From positions 273 to 24,272 of the forward strand of contig CAZATM010000043.1 of assembly GCA_964488065.1 (NCBI GenBank): 24,000 nucleotides of DNA. Direction: 5' to 3'. Source of the stretch: an uncultured Neisseria sp. (lineage in GTDB: Bacteria > Pseudomonadota > Gammaproteobacteria > Burkholderiales > UBA11063). The translations under genes were made by a program, and so were the position numbers. Below the pieces are notes generated by a model. The model searched no databases. It was not told the DNA's origin and saw only the letters and a list, made by a program, of their open reading frames with translations. Positions 1 to 8,481 of this stretch are shown here, piece by piece (the first letter of the stretch is position 1; each line of letters starts with the position of its first letter).

Positions 1-82
1 AAAGCGTTCTTGATTTTTCAGCTTTTCTAAAAAATTTTGGTCATTGAACAACCGATCTAATTAATAATTCCTTTATATAGAG

Positions 83-123
83 TAGGGTATAAATCCATTT
101 CTAAATCTGTGGATAATACCCTA
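83..123. repeat. Imperfect inverted repeat/hairpin: tagggtat..atcca / tggat..atacccta, with a 12-nt loop and one bulge
   Basis: Arms 83-90 (tagggtat) and 116-123 (atacccta) are exact reverse complements. Inner arms atcca/tggat also pair. On the + strand it is followed by gtttta. It could terminate a + strand gene ending just left of it, or act as an operator; I cannot tell which. Confidence 0.3.
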
Positions 124-226
124 GTTTTAAAATATTCCCACCAATTATTTACCATGTTCAAGAACCTTAATTATTTACTGCCGTGTATAGCAATTTTCCA
201 AGACAGGCTATTTTACAGCGGGGTAG

Positions 227-255
227 TTGACAATGTCTGACTAATTTAGTATAAT
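227..255 (+). promoter_or_regulatory. Sigma70-type promoter with perfect consensus: TTGACA, 17 nt, TATAAT
   Basis: TTGACA at 227-232, exactly 17 nt of spacer (233-249), TATAAT at 250-255. It lies about 25 nt upstream of a GGGAG Shine-Dalgarno and the ATG at 280. Confidence 0.6.
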
Positions 256-279
256 AATAATTATTATGGGAGACACCAA

Positions 280-414
280 ATGAAAACCCTATTGGGCTGG
301 CTGGCAAAGCTGTTCTCTGGTCAGTTCTGCTGTAGCCACCGCAAACAATCCGCGCAAAGCCAGCGTGACAAAATTGTCGAGATGTCGTGTATTGTTGATA
401 TGGATGAATATTAA
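280..414 (+). CDS. Small ORF, 44 aa (MKTLLGWLAKLFSGQFCCSHRKQSAQSQRDKIVEMSCIVDMDEY); hypothetical small protein
   Basis: ATG at 280 is preceded by GGGAG (268-272) at 7-nt spacing and by the consensus promoter at 227-255. The ORF is visibly more GC-rich than its AT-rich flanks. It has an amphipathic/hydrophobic N-terminus, a CC pair and an acidic C-terminus. I recognise no family. It is absent from the supplied track because it is under 60 aa. Confidence 0.4.
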   Translation: MKTLLGWLAKLFSGQFCCSHRKQSAQSQRDKIVEMSCIVDMDEY

Positions 415-445
415 AAATATTATTGATCGCTGAGGTTGTATCTGG

Positions 446-474
446 ATTGTACACCTGTGATTCTTCAATTGTAA
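446..474 (-). promoter_or_regulatory. Candidate minus-strand promoter: TTACAA, 17 nt, TACAAT, pointing antisense into the 44-codon ORF
   Basis: Read on the minus strand: ttacaa (469-474), a 17-nt spacer, tacaat (446-451). The predicted start near 439 would give a transcript complementary to the 3' end of ORF 280-414. Confidence 0.4.
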
Positions 475-555
475 TGACAGCTGGCTTGTCTTGGTTCGGA
501 TTTAGCGCTATTGATTGTTTAGGCTACTGATTTTATCGGATATTGTTGTGATTTA

Positions 556-564
556 TGTTATAAT
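556..564 (+). promoter_or_regulatory. Extended -10 promoter element TGtTATAAT
   Basis: TG at 556-557, one nt, then TATAAT at 559-564. There is no good -35. It lies about 75 nt upstream of the small ORF at 638. Confidence 0.35.
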
Positions 565-637
565 AGCTCCCTGACGATTGCTTTGCTAAGTAAAAGTTAC
601 TGTTAAATATACAATAAATTAGAAACGAAGGTTTATC

Positions 638-757
638 ATGATCAAGAAAATTTTGCAAAAATACATTGAATTATGCTGTTATATCAATAATTCAATTCCG
701 GCCGATGCCAATTTGTATCGAAGAAATTCTTTGCATAACACTAATGCATCCAACTAA
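638..757 (+). CDS. Small ORF, 39 aa (MIKKILQKYIELCCYINNSIPADANLYRRNSLHNTNASN); hypothetical
   Basis: ATG at 638 with AAGG (628-631) 6 nt upstream. An extended -10 element lies upstream and a strong hairpin terminator (811-846) downstream. No recognisable family. The transcript could equally be a non-coding sRNA. Confidence 0.3.
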   Translation: MIKKILQKYIELCCYINNSIPADANLYRRNSLHNTNASN

Positions 758-810
758 AAAATCATTTGAACGGATGGGTTTTACATTTGTATTAAATGGT
801 GAGTAGTTAA

Positions 811-846
811 TGAAAATAGAGCAGTAATTTTACTGCTCTATTTTCA
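811..846. terminator. Bidirectional rho-independent terminator (perfect 16-bp stem, 4-nt loop)
   Basis: tgaaaatagagcagta (811-826) and tactgctctattttca (831-846) are exact reverse complements. The A/T runs are built into both stem ends. It sits between the converging small-ORF transcript (+) and the glycerate kinase gene (-, stop at 864). Confidence 0.75.
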
Positions 847-863
847 TTTGTAGTAACAGCTCA

Positions 864-2012
864 TTATCGGTGCGCAAAATTTTTAGCCAGAGCTACTAAT
901 CGCATAGTTTCTTCGATTTTACGACTCAACAACGTTTTGGCGCGTGATGGCTCTATAATATTGGCAAGAGTATCGGGACCTTCTTGGATTGAAGAAAGAT
1001 AATCAATACCATAATCATGTAATTTATAGGCACTTTCAGTTAAACTACCGGAAATTAATAACACTGGTTTAGCATATTGTTTCGCCAATTTTGCAACTCC
1101 TGCCGCTACTTTGCCATTGGCGGTTTGTTCATCACTGCGACCCTCACCGGTAAAAATTATATCCGCTTGGGCAAACTCATGAGCTGCGTCTAGCTGCTGC
1201 AACACATAATCAATTCCCGAAACTATCTTGGCATTTAAAAATTGCAGCAGGGCATAACCCAAGCCACCGGCAGCGCCAGCTCCGTTGGTTTTAGCATGGT
1301 CATCATAACCATAATGTTTGGCAGCAATACTGCTAAAGTGATTGATGGCGGCATCAAATTCGGCTAATTGGGTTGGTATGATTCCTTTTTGTGGACCATA
1401 AACATAGCTGGCACCGTCTGGTCCGTAAAGCGGATTTTTTACATCGCTTAATACCGTGAATTGACATTCTGCCAATCTAGGATCGACATTGCTGTTATCA
1501 ATTCGACAAACGTCAAGTAGATTGGCTAATAGTGGCGCAAGCGGATTGGAATATTGATCTAAAAAGCGATAACCTAATGCGGCGAGCATTCCGCAACCGG
1601 CATCATTGGTACCACTGCCGCCCAGTCCAACAACAAACTTATGAATTCCCAAATCAAGCGCATATTTGATTTGCTCTCCGATTCCGTAGCTGGTTTTTAG
1701 TTCAACCTGCTGTAGATTGGATAGCGGTAGCCCCACCGTCTGGGCGCATTCAATGATTGCCGTATCATTATTAATAATTCCAATTTGTGATGGTTGGACG
1801 CAGTTTTCTAAATTGGTAAAATTAGCGGTAATCGATTTACCATTGCAGCCATCAATTAAAGCGGCTAAAGTTCCTTCACCACCATCGGCAAGTTTAAAGG
1901 CGGTAATTTGCGCGGTAGGAATAATTTTTATAATTGCTGCGCTGGCGGTAGTAATCACCTCTTCCGCAGTCAAACAACCTTTGAAGGAATCAAATGCCAG
2001 TATTATTTTCAT
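864..2012 (-). CDS. Glycerate kinase (GlxK/GarK family)
   Basis: 382 aa. The N-terminus MKIILAFDSFKGCLTAEEV, the GGSGTNDAGCGMLAALG segment and the C-terminal FTGEGRSDEQTANGKV segment are typical of the glycerate kinase family. I cannot tell a 2-kinase from a 3-kinase by eye. Confidence 0.9.
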   Translation of the reverse strand: MKIILAFDSFKGCLTAEEVITTASAAIIKIIPTAQITAFKLADGGEGTLAALIDGCNGKSITANFTNLENCVQPSQIGIINNDTAIIECAQTVGLPLSNLQQVELKTSYGIGEQIKYALDLGIHKFVVGLGGSGTNDAGCGMLAALGYRFLDQYSNPLAPLLANLLDVCRIDNSNVDPRLAECQFTVLSDVKNPLYGPDGASYVYGPQKGIIPTQLAEFDAAINHFSSIAAKHYGYDDHAKTNGAGAAGGLGYALLQFLNAKIVSGIDYVLQQLDAAHEFAQADIIFTGEGRSDEQTANGKVAAGVAKLAKQYAKPVLLISGSLTESAYKLHDYGIDYLSSIQEGPDTLANIIEPSRAKTLLSRKIEETMRLVALAKNFAHR

Positions 2013-2074
2013 GGTTCTTCATATTCTATAAATAGATGGTGAAAATATTATTTTATTTAGTTTGTGTAACAAAC

Positions 2075-2786
2075 CTACCATTCAGTTGGAGTCTTGTTAT
2101 AGTCGATGAAACTCCCTGAATCTATTAGTTGCAGATTCTCGATTAACGAAATTATTTTGGAAGCACTTTCTGCTACTGAAATATTTGCGCCGCTACCGCC
2201 CATTTCGGTTTTAACCCAGCCAGGGCGCAGGGATATTGTAATAATATCGCGGTTTTCCGCAGCAAAGGAACGTGTCAGCATGTTAAGAGCTGCCTTTGAC
2301 ATTCGGTAGGAGTAACCAAAACCTTTTGCATGGTGTATGTAATGAACCCATTAAACTGGACAGATTGATAATGCGTGGATTTATGGATTGCTGTAAATTA
2401 GGCAAGAAAGCTTGAATTGCACGAAATGCACCCGCGGTATTGATGTCGAATGCAGACATAAGCTGCTCCGGAAGGGTTTTTTTTATTCCATCCTGAGAGT
2501 GGTTTTCTGGAAAGATTCCAGCATTATTGATCAGGATGTCTATTTTTAGATGAGCAATTTTTTTTGAGAGCACGGCAAAATCATTTGAGTCGGTAACATC
2601 CAACTTTTCAGTTTGCAGCTGGCTTGTGTATTGTGATTTTAAATTTTGCAGGAGATCGGCTTCGTTTGGATTTCGGCAGGTAGCGATTACCTGGTATCGC
2701 TGTTTTAAAAATTCAGATACCAGCCCCAGCCCAATTCCACGATTTGCTCCGGTGATTAGTACACACTCTTCAGTATTTGTGTTCAT
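2075..2786 (-). pseudogene. Short-chain dehydrogenase/reductase (C-factor/CsgA-like SDR) split by a single frameshift
   Basis: ORF 2283-2786 carries the Rossmann motif (LITGANRGIGLG), NNAG and INLSSLMGS, then runs out of frame. ORF 2075-2302 carries the rest (MSKAALNMLTRSF...RPGWVKTEMGG). In the second frame, the residues just upstream of its Met read KGFGYSYR, completing the catalytic Y-x-x-x-K motif (YSYRMSK). Removing one A from the A4 run (T4 at 2324-2327 on +) restores one ~236-aa SDR. Confidence 0.8.
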
Positions 2787-2809
2787 GACATCGTTCCTGA
2801 ATAAAATAA

Positions 2810-3499
2810 CTAATTGAGTTGCTGTATGATCGCGCGTAATACTTCCGACGGATCGCAGGCTTTGGTAATCGGGCGGCCGATTACCAGATAATCTGCGCCG
2901 TTAGCTAGTGCATTGGCTGGAGTCATGATTCGGGTTTGATCATCAGTTTGATTATCCGCCAAACGAATACCCGGTGTCACGGTGATAAATCCGGGAGCGG
3001 TTGCGGCTTTGATTGAGTTGGCTTCCCATGCCGAACACACCACTCCATCCAAACCGCAATCATGGGCTAATTGTGCTAAATGAGTTGCCTGTTGCGTTAT
3101 TGGATATAAGTAGCCAACCTCCGCAACCTCTACCTCAGATAGACTGGTGAGGATGGTTACCGCAATTAGTAATGGTTTATGCTTACTGTCAATAATCGCT
3201 TGGCGAGCCGCGGTAAGCATTTCCCGTCCACCGCTGGCATGAACATTAACCATCCACACACCCAGACTGGCAGCGGCTTTTACTGCCTTATAGACGGTAT
3301 TGGGTATATCATGGAATTTCAGATCCAGAAAGATTTCAAACCCGCGTTGCTGGAGTGAATGAACTATCTCTGGGCCGTAAAGTGTAAATAACTCCTTACC
3401 AATTTTCAGATAACAAACCGCCGGATTTAATTTATTTACCAACTCAAATACTGCTTGCTGATTATCTAAATCCAATGCCACAATGATCTGTTTGCGCAT
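2810..3499 (-). CDS. pyrF: Orotidine 5'-phosphate decarboxylase
   Basis: 229 aa. IVALDL...LKIG...DLKFHDIPNTV...GRPI are canonical PyrF motifs. AGGAGAGGAT lies just upstream of the ATG. Confidence 0.95.
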   Translation of the reverse strand: MRKQIIVALDLDNQQAVFELVNKLNPAVCYLKIGKELFTLYGPEIVHSLQQRGFEIFLDLKFHDIPNTVYKAVKAAASLGVWMVNVHASGGREMLTAARQAIIDSKHKPLLIAVTILTSLSEVEVAEVGYLYPITQQATHLAQLAHDCGLDGVVCSAWEANSIKAATAPGFITVTPGIRLADNQTDDQTRIMTPANALANGADYLVIGRPITKACDPSEVLRAIIQQLN

Positions 3500-3546
3500 A
3501 TCCTCTCCTGAGAAAATGTATTTTTATTGATCCTAATACTCACTCC

Positions 3547-3560
3547 AGACACGCGTGTCT
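3547..3560. repeat. Perfect 14-bp GC-rich palindrome agacacgcgtgtct in the antiporter-pyrF intergenic region
   Basis: The sequence is its own reverse complement. It sits in an otherwise AT-rich 86-bp gap and has no following U-run on the transcribed (minus) strand, so it is not a typical terminator. Confidence 0.5.
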
Positions 3561-3585
3561 CGCGACGCCGGCTTCGTTACTTAAG

Positions 3586-4965
3586 TTACAGATGTACTCG
3601 CTTAACTCCGTATTTATTAACCGCGATTTTTAACATAATTGGTGCCAAAATGGTAATGCTGACCAAAGCTAACACGATTGATGAAATTAATTCATCCGAA
3701 ATTAGTCCGAGTTGGCTGCCGGTAATTGTAAAAATTAACCCGGCCTCACCAATCGGGGTCATCCCCAATCCAATGATTAATTTGTTCAATCGGCTGTGTT
3801 CGCTAAAGCCACTAATAATCCGCCCCAGCAAAGTAACGGTAATTAGCGCCAGTGCGACCAATACCACTGAAATATTCAGTAAGTCATCGAGATGGAAAAT
3901 CAGTCCAATATAGGTGAAAAAAAATGGAACAAAGATATTTGATAATGGTTTTATTAATTCATCAAGCGAGCGAATTTCATAGAGGGTTACGGTCTTAATA
4001 ATCTGATTGCGGGCATTTTCATCGCTGGTATGTGAGGCAATCGATTTAAAGTCGCGCAGAAATTTGGCCTGCGAGAAATTCTTGAAATATTCCGGATTGA
4101 TGATTAACCCGGCAATAAATGCGCCAATTACCGGTGCCAAGCCCAATTCGGCTGCCAACCAGGTATAAAAGGTACAAATCATAAATAAGATGCCGATTTT
4201 CATGCTGATTCCGGCATGAATTTTTATTGAAAATTTGGTGAGAATCGGAGTTAAACGGGGACCCAAAATTATTGATAACAGAAAAAATCCGGTAGTCTTG
4301 GCGGCTGAAATCATTAGCTGATTTAGGTTAATGTTGCCGCTAATTAAAACTCCCGATAAGACCGCAAAACATAAAATGCTTAAAACTTCATCAATCAGTG
4401 AAGCGGTTAAGACGGTTTTTACTTCGACGCTATTTAAAATTTTGAGGTCTTTAAATACTTTTCCGGAAATTCCAGTGGCGGTTGCTGCCGAAATTAGGCC
4501 CAATAAAATTTTGCTGCCATTACTGCTTTCGGGATAGAAAAAATCAATAACAAAATAACCGCCGATGAAAGTTAAAACCGTCCCAAACAATGCAATTTTC
4601 AAACCGGAAGCCAGCTTGGCGGTAATATCCTCAAGCTGGGTTTCTAAACCAATCTCAAACATCAAAATCATGGCACCGATTTCGGCGAGGAAACGGACAA
4701 TTTCGTTATTTTCCATCCCTGTAAAGGTATAAATGCCAAAAAAATGCAGATTACCAAGCACGATACCGGCTAAAATTTCCGAAGTTACGATCGGCAAACC
4801 AAATTTTTTTACCACCGCCAACCCGCGTGACATCATGATAGCCAAGGTAAACCATAAATAAATTGCGGGAGTGAAGTCATTGGCTGGGGGAGTGGCTGCG
4901 CTAGCAAAGCATTGTTGACTGATTCCAATAATTAGCATAAAAATTAGAAGCAGTTTAGCGCGCAT
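3586..4965 (-). CDS. Cation:proton antiporter (CPA2 / Na+/H+ exchanger family membrane protein), no KTN domain
   Basis: 459 aa, polytopic and hydrophobic throughout. The EIGLE-type segment (MFEIGLETQ) and the general pattern fit the Kef/NapA-type exchanger family. The N-terminus is signal-peptide-like ([23 protein letters not shown]). The start codon overlaps the mutS stop by 11 nt. Confidence 0.8.
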   Translation of the reverse strand: MRAKLLLIFMLIIGISQQCFASAATPPANDFTPAIYLWFTLAIMMSRGLAVVKKFGLPIVTSEILAGIVLGNLHFFGIYTFTGMENNEIVRFLAEIGAMILMFEIGLETQLEDITAKLASGLKIALFGTVLTFIGGYFVIDFFYPESSNGSKILLGLISAATATGISGKVFKDLKILNSVEVKTVLTASLIDEVLSILCFAVLSGVLISGNINLNQLMISAAKTTGFFLLSIILGPRLTPILTKFSIKIHAGISMKIGILFMICTFYTWLAAELGLAPVIGAFIAGLIINPEYFKNFSQAKFLRDFKSIASHTSDENARNQIIKTVTLYEIRSLDELIKPLSNIFVPFFFTYIGLIFHLDDLLNISVVLVALALITVTLLGRIISGFSEHSRLNKLIIGLGMTPIGEAGLIFTITGSQLGLISDELISSIVLALVSITILAPIMLKIAVNKYGVKRVHL

Positions 4966-7546
4966 GGGTATCTTTCTGGATTAGTGCCGTTAAATCATAC
5001 AAAATATCCAGTGCCTGACGGGCGCTTAATTGATCGGGGTTTAGTACAGCCAAGCGCTGATATAAATCTTCGGCAATGGGATTGGCTTCGATACTCTCTG
5101 TTTCAATGTCATTGAGTGCAAATAGATCTAGTTGCGGATTGTCTTGGCTGTTATCTTCCAAATGCTGGAGATATTTTTTGGCAACGGTTAAGACGGTTTT
5201 GGGAACTCCCGCGAGTGCCGCAACTTGAATTCCATAGCTTTTGGCAGCAGGTCCATTTTCAACCTGATGCATAAACACAATCTGGTCTTTGTGTTCAACC
5301 GCGTTTAGATGGGCATTCAGCGCCTGCGGATAATGACAGGCTAAATCGGTTAATTCAAAATAATGGGTGGCAAATAGTACGTATGAACTTGATTTTTCAA
5401 TCAGATAACGGGCAATTGCATAAGCCAATGCCAAACCATCATAGGTTGAAGTACCGCGCCCGACCTCATCCATGATCACCAGTGATTTTGCGCCGGCATT
5501 ATTCAAAATATTGGCGGTTTCTGACATCTCAACCATAAAAGTAGATTTGCCGGCTGATAAATCATCGGAAGCGCCAATTCGGGTAAAAATCCGGTCAATG
5601 TCACCGATAATCGCATTTTGTGCCGGCACAAATGAGCCGCAGTAGGCTAAGAGGGCAATTATTGCGTTTTGGCGCATATAGGTTGATTTACCGCCCATAT
5701 TGGGACCGGTTAATAATAAAAAACGTTTTTCCGGACTTAGTTGTAGGTCATTGGCAATAAATTGGTCAATTTGCCGTTCAACTACCGGATGGCGGCCACC
5801 ACTGATTTGAAATTTTAATTCACTGGTTAATAGCGGACGGCAATAGTTGTTTTGGCGGGCAATTGCGGCAAAAGCACATAGGACATCAAGGCTGGCCAAA
5901 GCGTGCGCCAAATTTTGCAGTTGATTAATAAAACCGGTTAAATAATCAAGGATCTCTTCATATAAGCGTTTTTCCAGCGCCAGAGCTTTATCTTGTGCCG
6001 ACAACACTTCGTTTTCATAGTTTTTGAGTTCCGGAGTGGTAAAGCGTTCGGCATTTTTTAGCGTTTGTGTGCGGCGGTAGTGTGCGGGAGTTTTATCCAG
6101 ACTTCCGCGCGAGATTTCAATAAAATAACCATGCACCCGATTGTATTCAATTTTCAGATTGGCAATGCCGCTTTGCTCGCGTTCACGGGCTTCCAGTTCC
6201 AACAAAAATTGACTTCCGCGGCTGTGAATGGTACGTAAATAATCCAAATCCGGATGGTAGCCATCATTGATGACGCCGCCTTCTCTTAATACCAGTGCCG
6301 GTTCGGCTTTGATGGCGTGAGCTAAGCGCTCATGGACTTCACCACTGGTGGTGGTAATGGTGGTATAGATTTCACTGACTAATGGTGGCAAAGTTATTTC
6401 GCCGATAAAGCCGAGTTCCGGTAGGATTGCCAGCGAATTTCTCAGCGCCGCTAAGTCACGTGGACGGGCGCTACGTAGGGCAATCCGGGCGCAAATCCGC
6501 TCTATATCACCAATTTGGCGTAATAACGGTTGAATTTGCCCATGCAGACCCTGCAAAGTTTCAAGCGCATCATAACGAGCATTAATTTCAGCGTGGCGCC
6601 GTAACGGGTTATTCAACCAATTATCCAATAGGCGGCTACCCATGGCGGTAGAACAATTATCCAGTGTCGAGAGCAAGGTCGGTGCGGTTTCGCCGCGAAT
6701 GGTGTGGCTGATTTCAAGATTTTTACGCGATACCGCATCTAAAATCAGATAATCATCACTAATATCTTCAATCAAATTATTAAGATGTGCCAGTTCATTA
6801 TTTTGAGTGTGTTTAGCATAGTCCAAAAGCACTCCGGCAGCAGCAATTGCCAGTTTTGAAGCGGACTCAATGCCAAAGCCTTCCAACGAGCTAACCTGAA
6901 AATGATTGATCAGTTTGCGATAACTTAAATCATAGTCAAAATGCCAATCAGGAACTATTTTACAGGCAATTTCCGGATAAATGCTGCGAATTTCGCTTAG
7001 TTGCGATTCACTGACAACAATTTCTGCCGGTCTTAAGCGCTCCAATTGATTATAAATTTCGGAGCGGTTGCCTTCACTGATTCGAAATATCCCGGAACTT
7101 AATGATAACCACGCCATGCCGTAGCGGTTTTTATGAATAAATAGCGCCAGCAGCAAATTATTTTGTTTATCATCCAGTAAATTTTCGTCGGTCAAGGTTC
7201 CGGGAGTGATGATGCGGGATACTTTTCGTTCGACCGGACCTTTGCCGGTGGGTTCACCAACCTGATCGACAATCACCACCGACCGTCCCTGTTTGACTAA
7301 ACGGGTTAGATATTGTTCGGCGGCATGAAACGGCACGCCAGCCATTTTGATTGGGGTGCCGGCCGAAGAGCCACGCTGAGTTAAGGTGATGCCCAGCAGG
7401 CGTGCGCCAAGTTCGGCATCTTCAAAAAACATTTCATAAAAATCACCCATCCGATAAAACAACAACATATCCGGATGATCGGCCTTGATGCGCAGATATT
7501 GCTGCATCATTGGGGTATGCTGGGAAAAATCGGTTGGTGTGCTCAT
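4955..7546 (-). CDS. mutS: DNA mismatch repair protein MutS
   Basis: 863 aa. [34 protein letters not shown] at the N-terminus, Walker [10 protein letters not shown] and the STFMVEM motif. Confidence 0.98.
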   Translation of the reverse strand: MSTPTDFSQHTPMMQQYLRIKADHPDMLLFYRMGDFYEMFFEDAELGARLLGITLTQRGSSAGTPIKMAGVPFHAAEQYLTRLVKQGRSVVIVDQVGEPTGKGPVERKVSRIITPGTLTDENLLDDKQNNLLLALFIHKNRYGMAWLSLSSGIFRISEGNRSEIYNQLERLRPAEIVVSESQLSEIRSIYPEIACKIVPDWHFDYDLSYRKLINHFQVSSLEGFGIESASKLAIAAAGVLLDYAKHTQNNELAHLNNLIEDISDDYLILDAVSRKNLEISHTIRGETAPTLLSTLDNCSTAMGSRLLDNWLNNPLRRHAEINARYDALETLQGLHGQIQPLLRQIGDIERICARIALRSARPRDLAALRNSLAILPELGFIGEITLPPLVSEIYTTITTTSGEVHERLAHAIKAEPALVLREGGVINDGYHPDLDYLRTIHSRGSQFLLELEAREREQSGIANLKIEYNRVHGYFIEISRGSLDKTPAHYRRTQTLKNAERFTTPELKNYENEVLSAQDKALALEKRLYEEILDYLTGFINQLQNLAHALASLDVLCAFAAIARQNNYCRPLLTSELKFQISGGRHPVVERQIDQFIANDLQLSPEKRFLLLTGPNMGGKSTYMRQNAIIALLAYCGSFVPAQNAIIGDIDRIFTRIGASDDLSAGKSTFMVEMSETANILNNAGAKSLVIMDEVGRGTSTYDGLALAYAIARYLIEKSSSYVLFATHYFELTDLACHYPQALNAHLNAVEHKDQIVFMHQVENGPAAKSYGIQVAALAGVPKTVLTVAKKYLQHLEDNSQDNPQLDLFALNDIETESIEANPIAEDLYQRLAVLNPDQLSARQALDILYDLTALIQKDTHAR

Positions 7547-7550
7547 GTTA

Positions 7551-8330
7551 TTAATGACTTTGAATGATTTTTAAAATTGGACTGACTAGTTTTGGATTGG
7601 CAGCAATGATATTGCCGCTATTTAACATATCCTGACCACCATCAAAATCACAGACTAAACCACCGGCTTCTTTGATTAAGAGGTATCCGGCCGCAATATC
7701 CCACGGTTTTAAATTGAATTCCCAGAAACCATCGACCATTCCGGCAGCGACATAGGCTAAATCCAGCGCCGCAGAACCAGCCCGGCGTTGTCCAGCGGTT
7801 GATTGCAGCATCTCGCGGAAAATTGCCAAGTAACGGTCAAGAAATGACATATCATACGTCGGGAAACCGGTTGCCAATAAGCTATCAGCCAAAGAAGATT
7901 GACGGGAAACCCGAATCCGTCCATTATTAAGCTGTGCACCCTTGCCCAGCTCAGCGGTGAAAATGTCATTGCGATTAGGGTCAAAAACTACCCCGTGAGT
8001 AATTTTATCACCTTCTTTAACCGCGATTGAAACCGAGTACTGTGGATGTCCGTGCAGGTAATTGGTGGTGCCATCTAACGGATCAATAATCCAAGTAATT
8101 TCCGAACCATTATCAACGTTGCCACCTTCTTCACCCAAAATATTGTGTCGAGGATAGGCTTTTAAAATGGTGTGAATGATTGCCTGTTCGGCGCGCTTAT
8201 CAACTTCGCTAACGAAATCATTAAAGCCCTTACGTTCAATATTTAAATGCTCAAGATTGCGACTTTCCTGTTGAATTATGGTTCCGGCATTATAGGCGGC
8301 TTGGATAGCGATATTTAAAATTGCTGACAT
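7551..8330 (-). CDS. suhB: Inositol-1-monophosphatase family protein (SuhB)
   Basis: 259 aa. The [16 protein letters not shown] and WDIAAG motifs of the IMPase/SuhB family are present. The stop lies 4 nt upstream of the mutS ATG. Confidence 0.92.
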   Translation of the reverse strand: MSAILNIAIQAAYNAGTIIQQESRNLEHLNIERKGFNDFVSEVDKRAEQAIIHTILKAYPRHNILGEEGGNVDNGSEITWIIDPLDGTTNYLHGHPQYSVSIAVKEGDKITHGVVFDPNRNDIFTAELGKGAQLNNGRIRVSRQSSLADSLLATGFPTYDMSFLDRYLAIFREMLQSTAGQRRAGSAALDLAYVAAGMVDGFWEFNLKPWDIAAGYLLIKEAGGLVCDFDGGQDMLNSGNIIAANPKLVSPILKIIQSH

Positions 8331-8435
8331 TTATTTGTCCATTCTATAGTTTAGATTATTAACCCATTATTATAGCTGATTCGTCAATTAGGTTCTTGGC
8401 TTATCGTATAAATCGGAGATGTAACCAGTAAAAAA

Positions 8436-8460
8436 CCCGATGATTCCAGTAGTCATCGGG
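8436..8460. terminator. Rho-independent terminator (bidirectional form) downstream of the lipoprotein gene
   Basis: cccgatga (8436-8443) pairs with tcatcggg (8453-8460). It is flanked by an A5 run upstream and a T5 run downstream, so either strand sees a hairpin plus U-run. Confidence 0.75.
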
Positions 8461-8481
8461 TTTTTATAAATTAAAGTAACG

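Noticed and set aside
1-51. Possible gene fragment at the left edge: a plus-strand frame ending at 30 or 46, or a minus-strand frame starting at TTG 49-51 (LFNDQNFLEKLKNQERF...)
   Set aside because: It is too short to choose a strand or frame. There is no RBS for the TTG start and no recognisable motif, so I do not report it as a feature.
57-155. 32-codon minus-strand ORF (MVNNWWEYFKTRVLSTDLEMDLYPTLYKGIIN) with tandem Trp codons, overlapping the 83-123 hairpin; it superficially resembles a trp-type leader peptide
   Set aside because: It has only a weak RBS (AAGG at 9 nt) and a mediocre promoter (TTGGAA-18-TAAATA). The hairpin has no U-run on that strand. The downstream gene is off-window and unidentified. 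An open frame of this length is not improbable by chance.
167-454. 95-aa minus-strand ORF from the track (MYNPDTTSAINN...)
   Set aside because: It needs a GTG start with no Shine-Dalgarno and has no internal Met. Its composition is unlike a real protein (Tyr/Asn runs, many Cys/Arg). Its start lies inside a promoter-like -10 element. It is antisense to a 44-codon ORF with much better expression signals, so it is most likely a shadow ORF.
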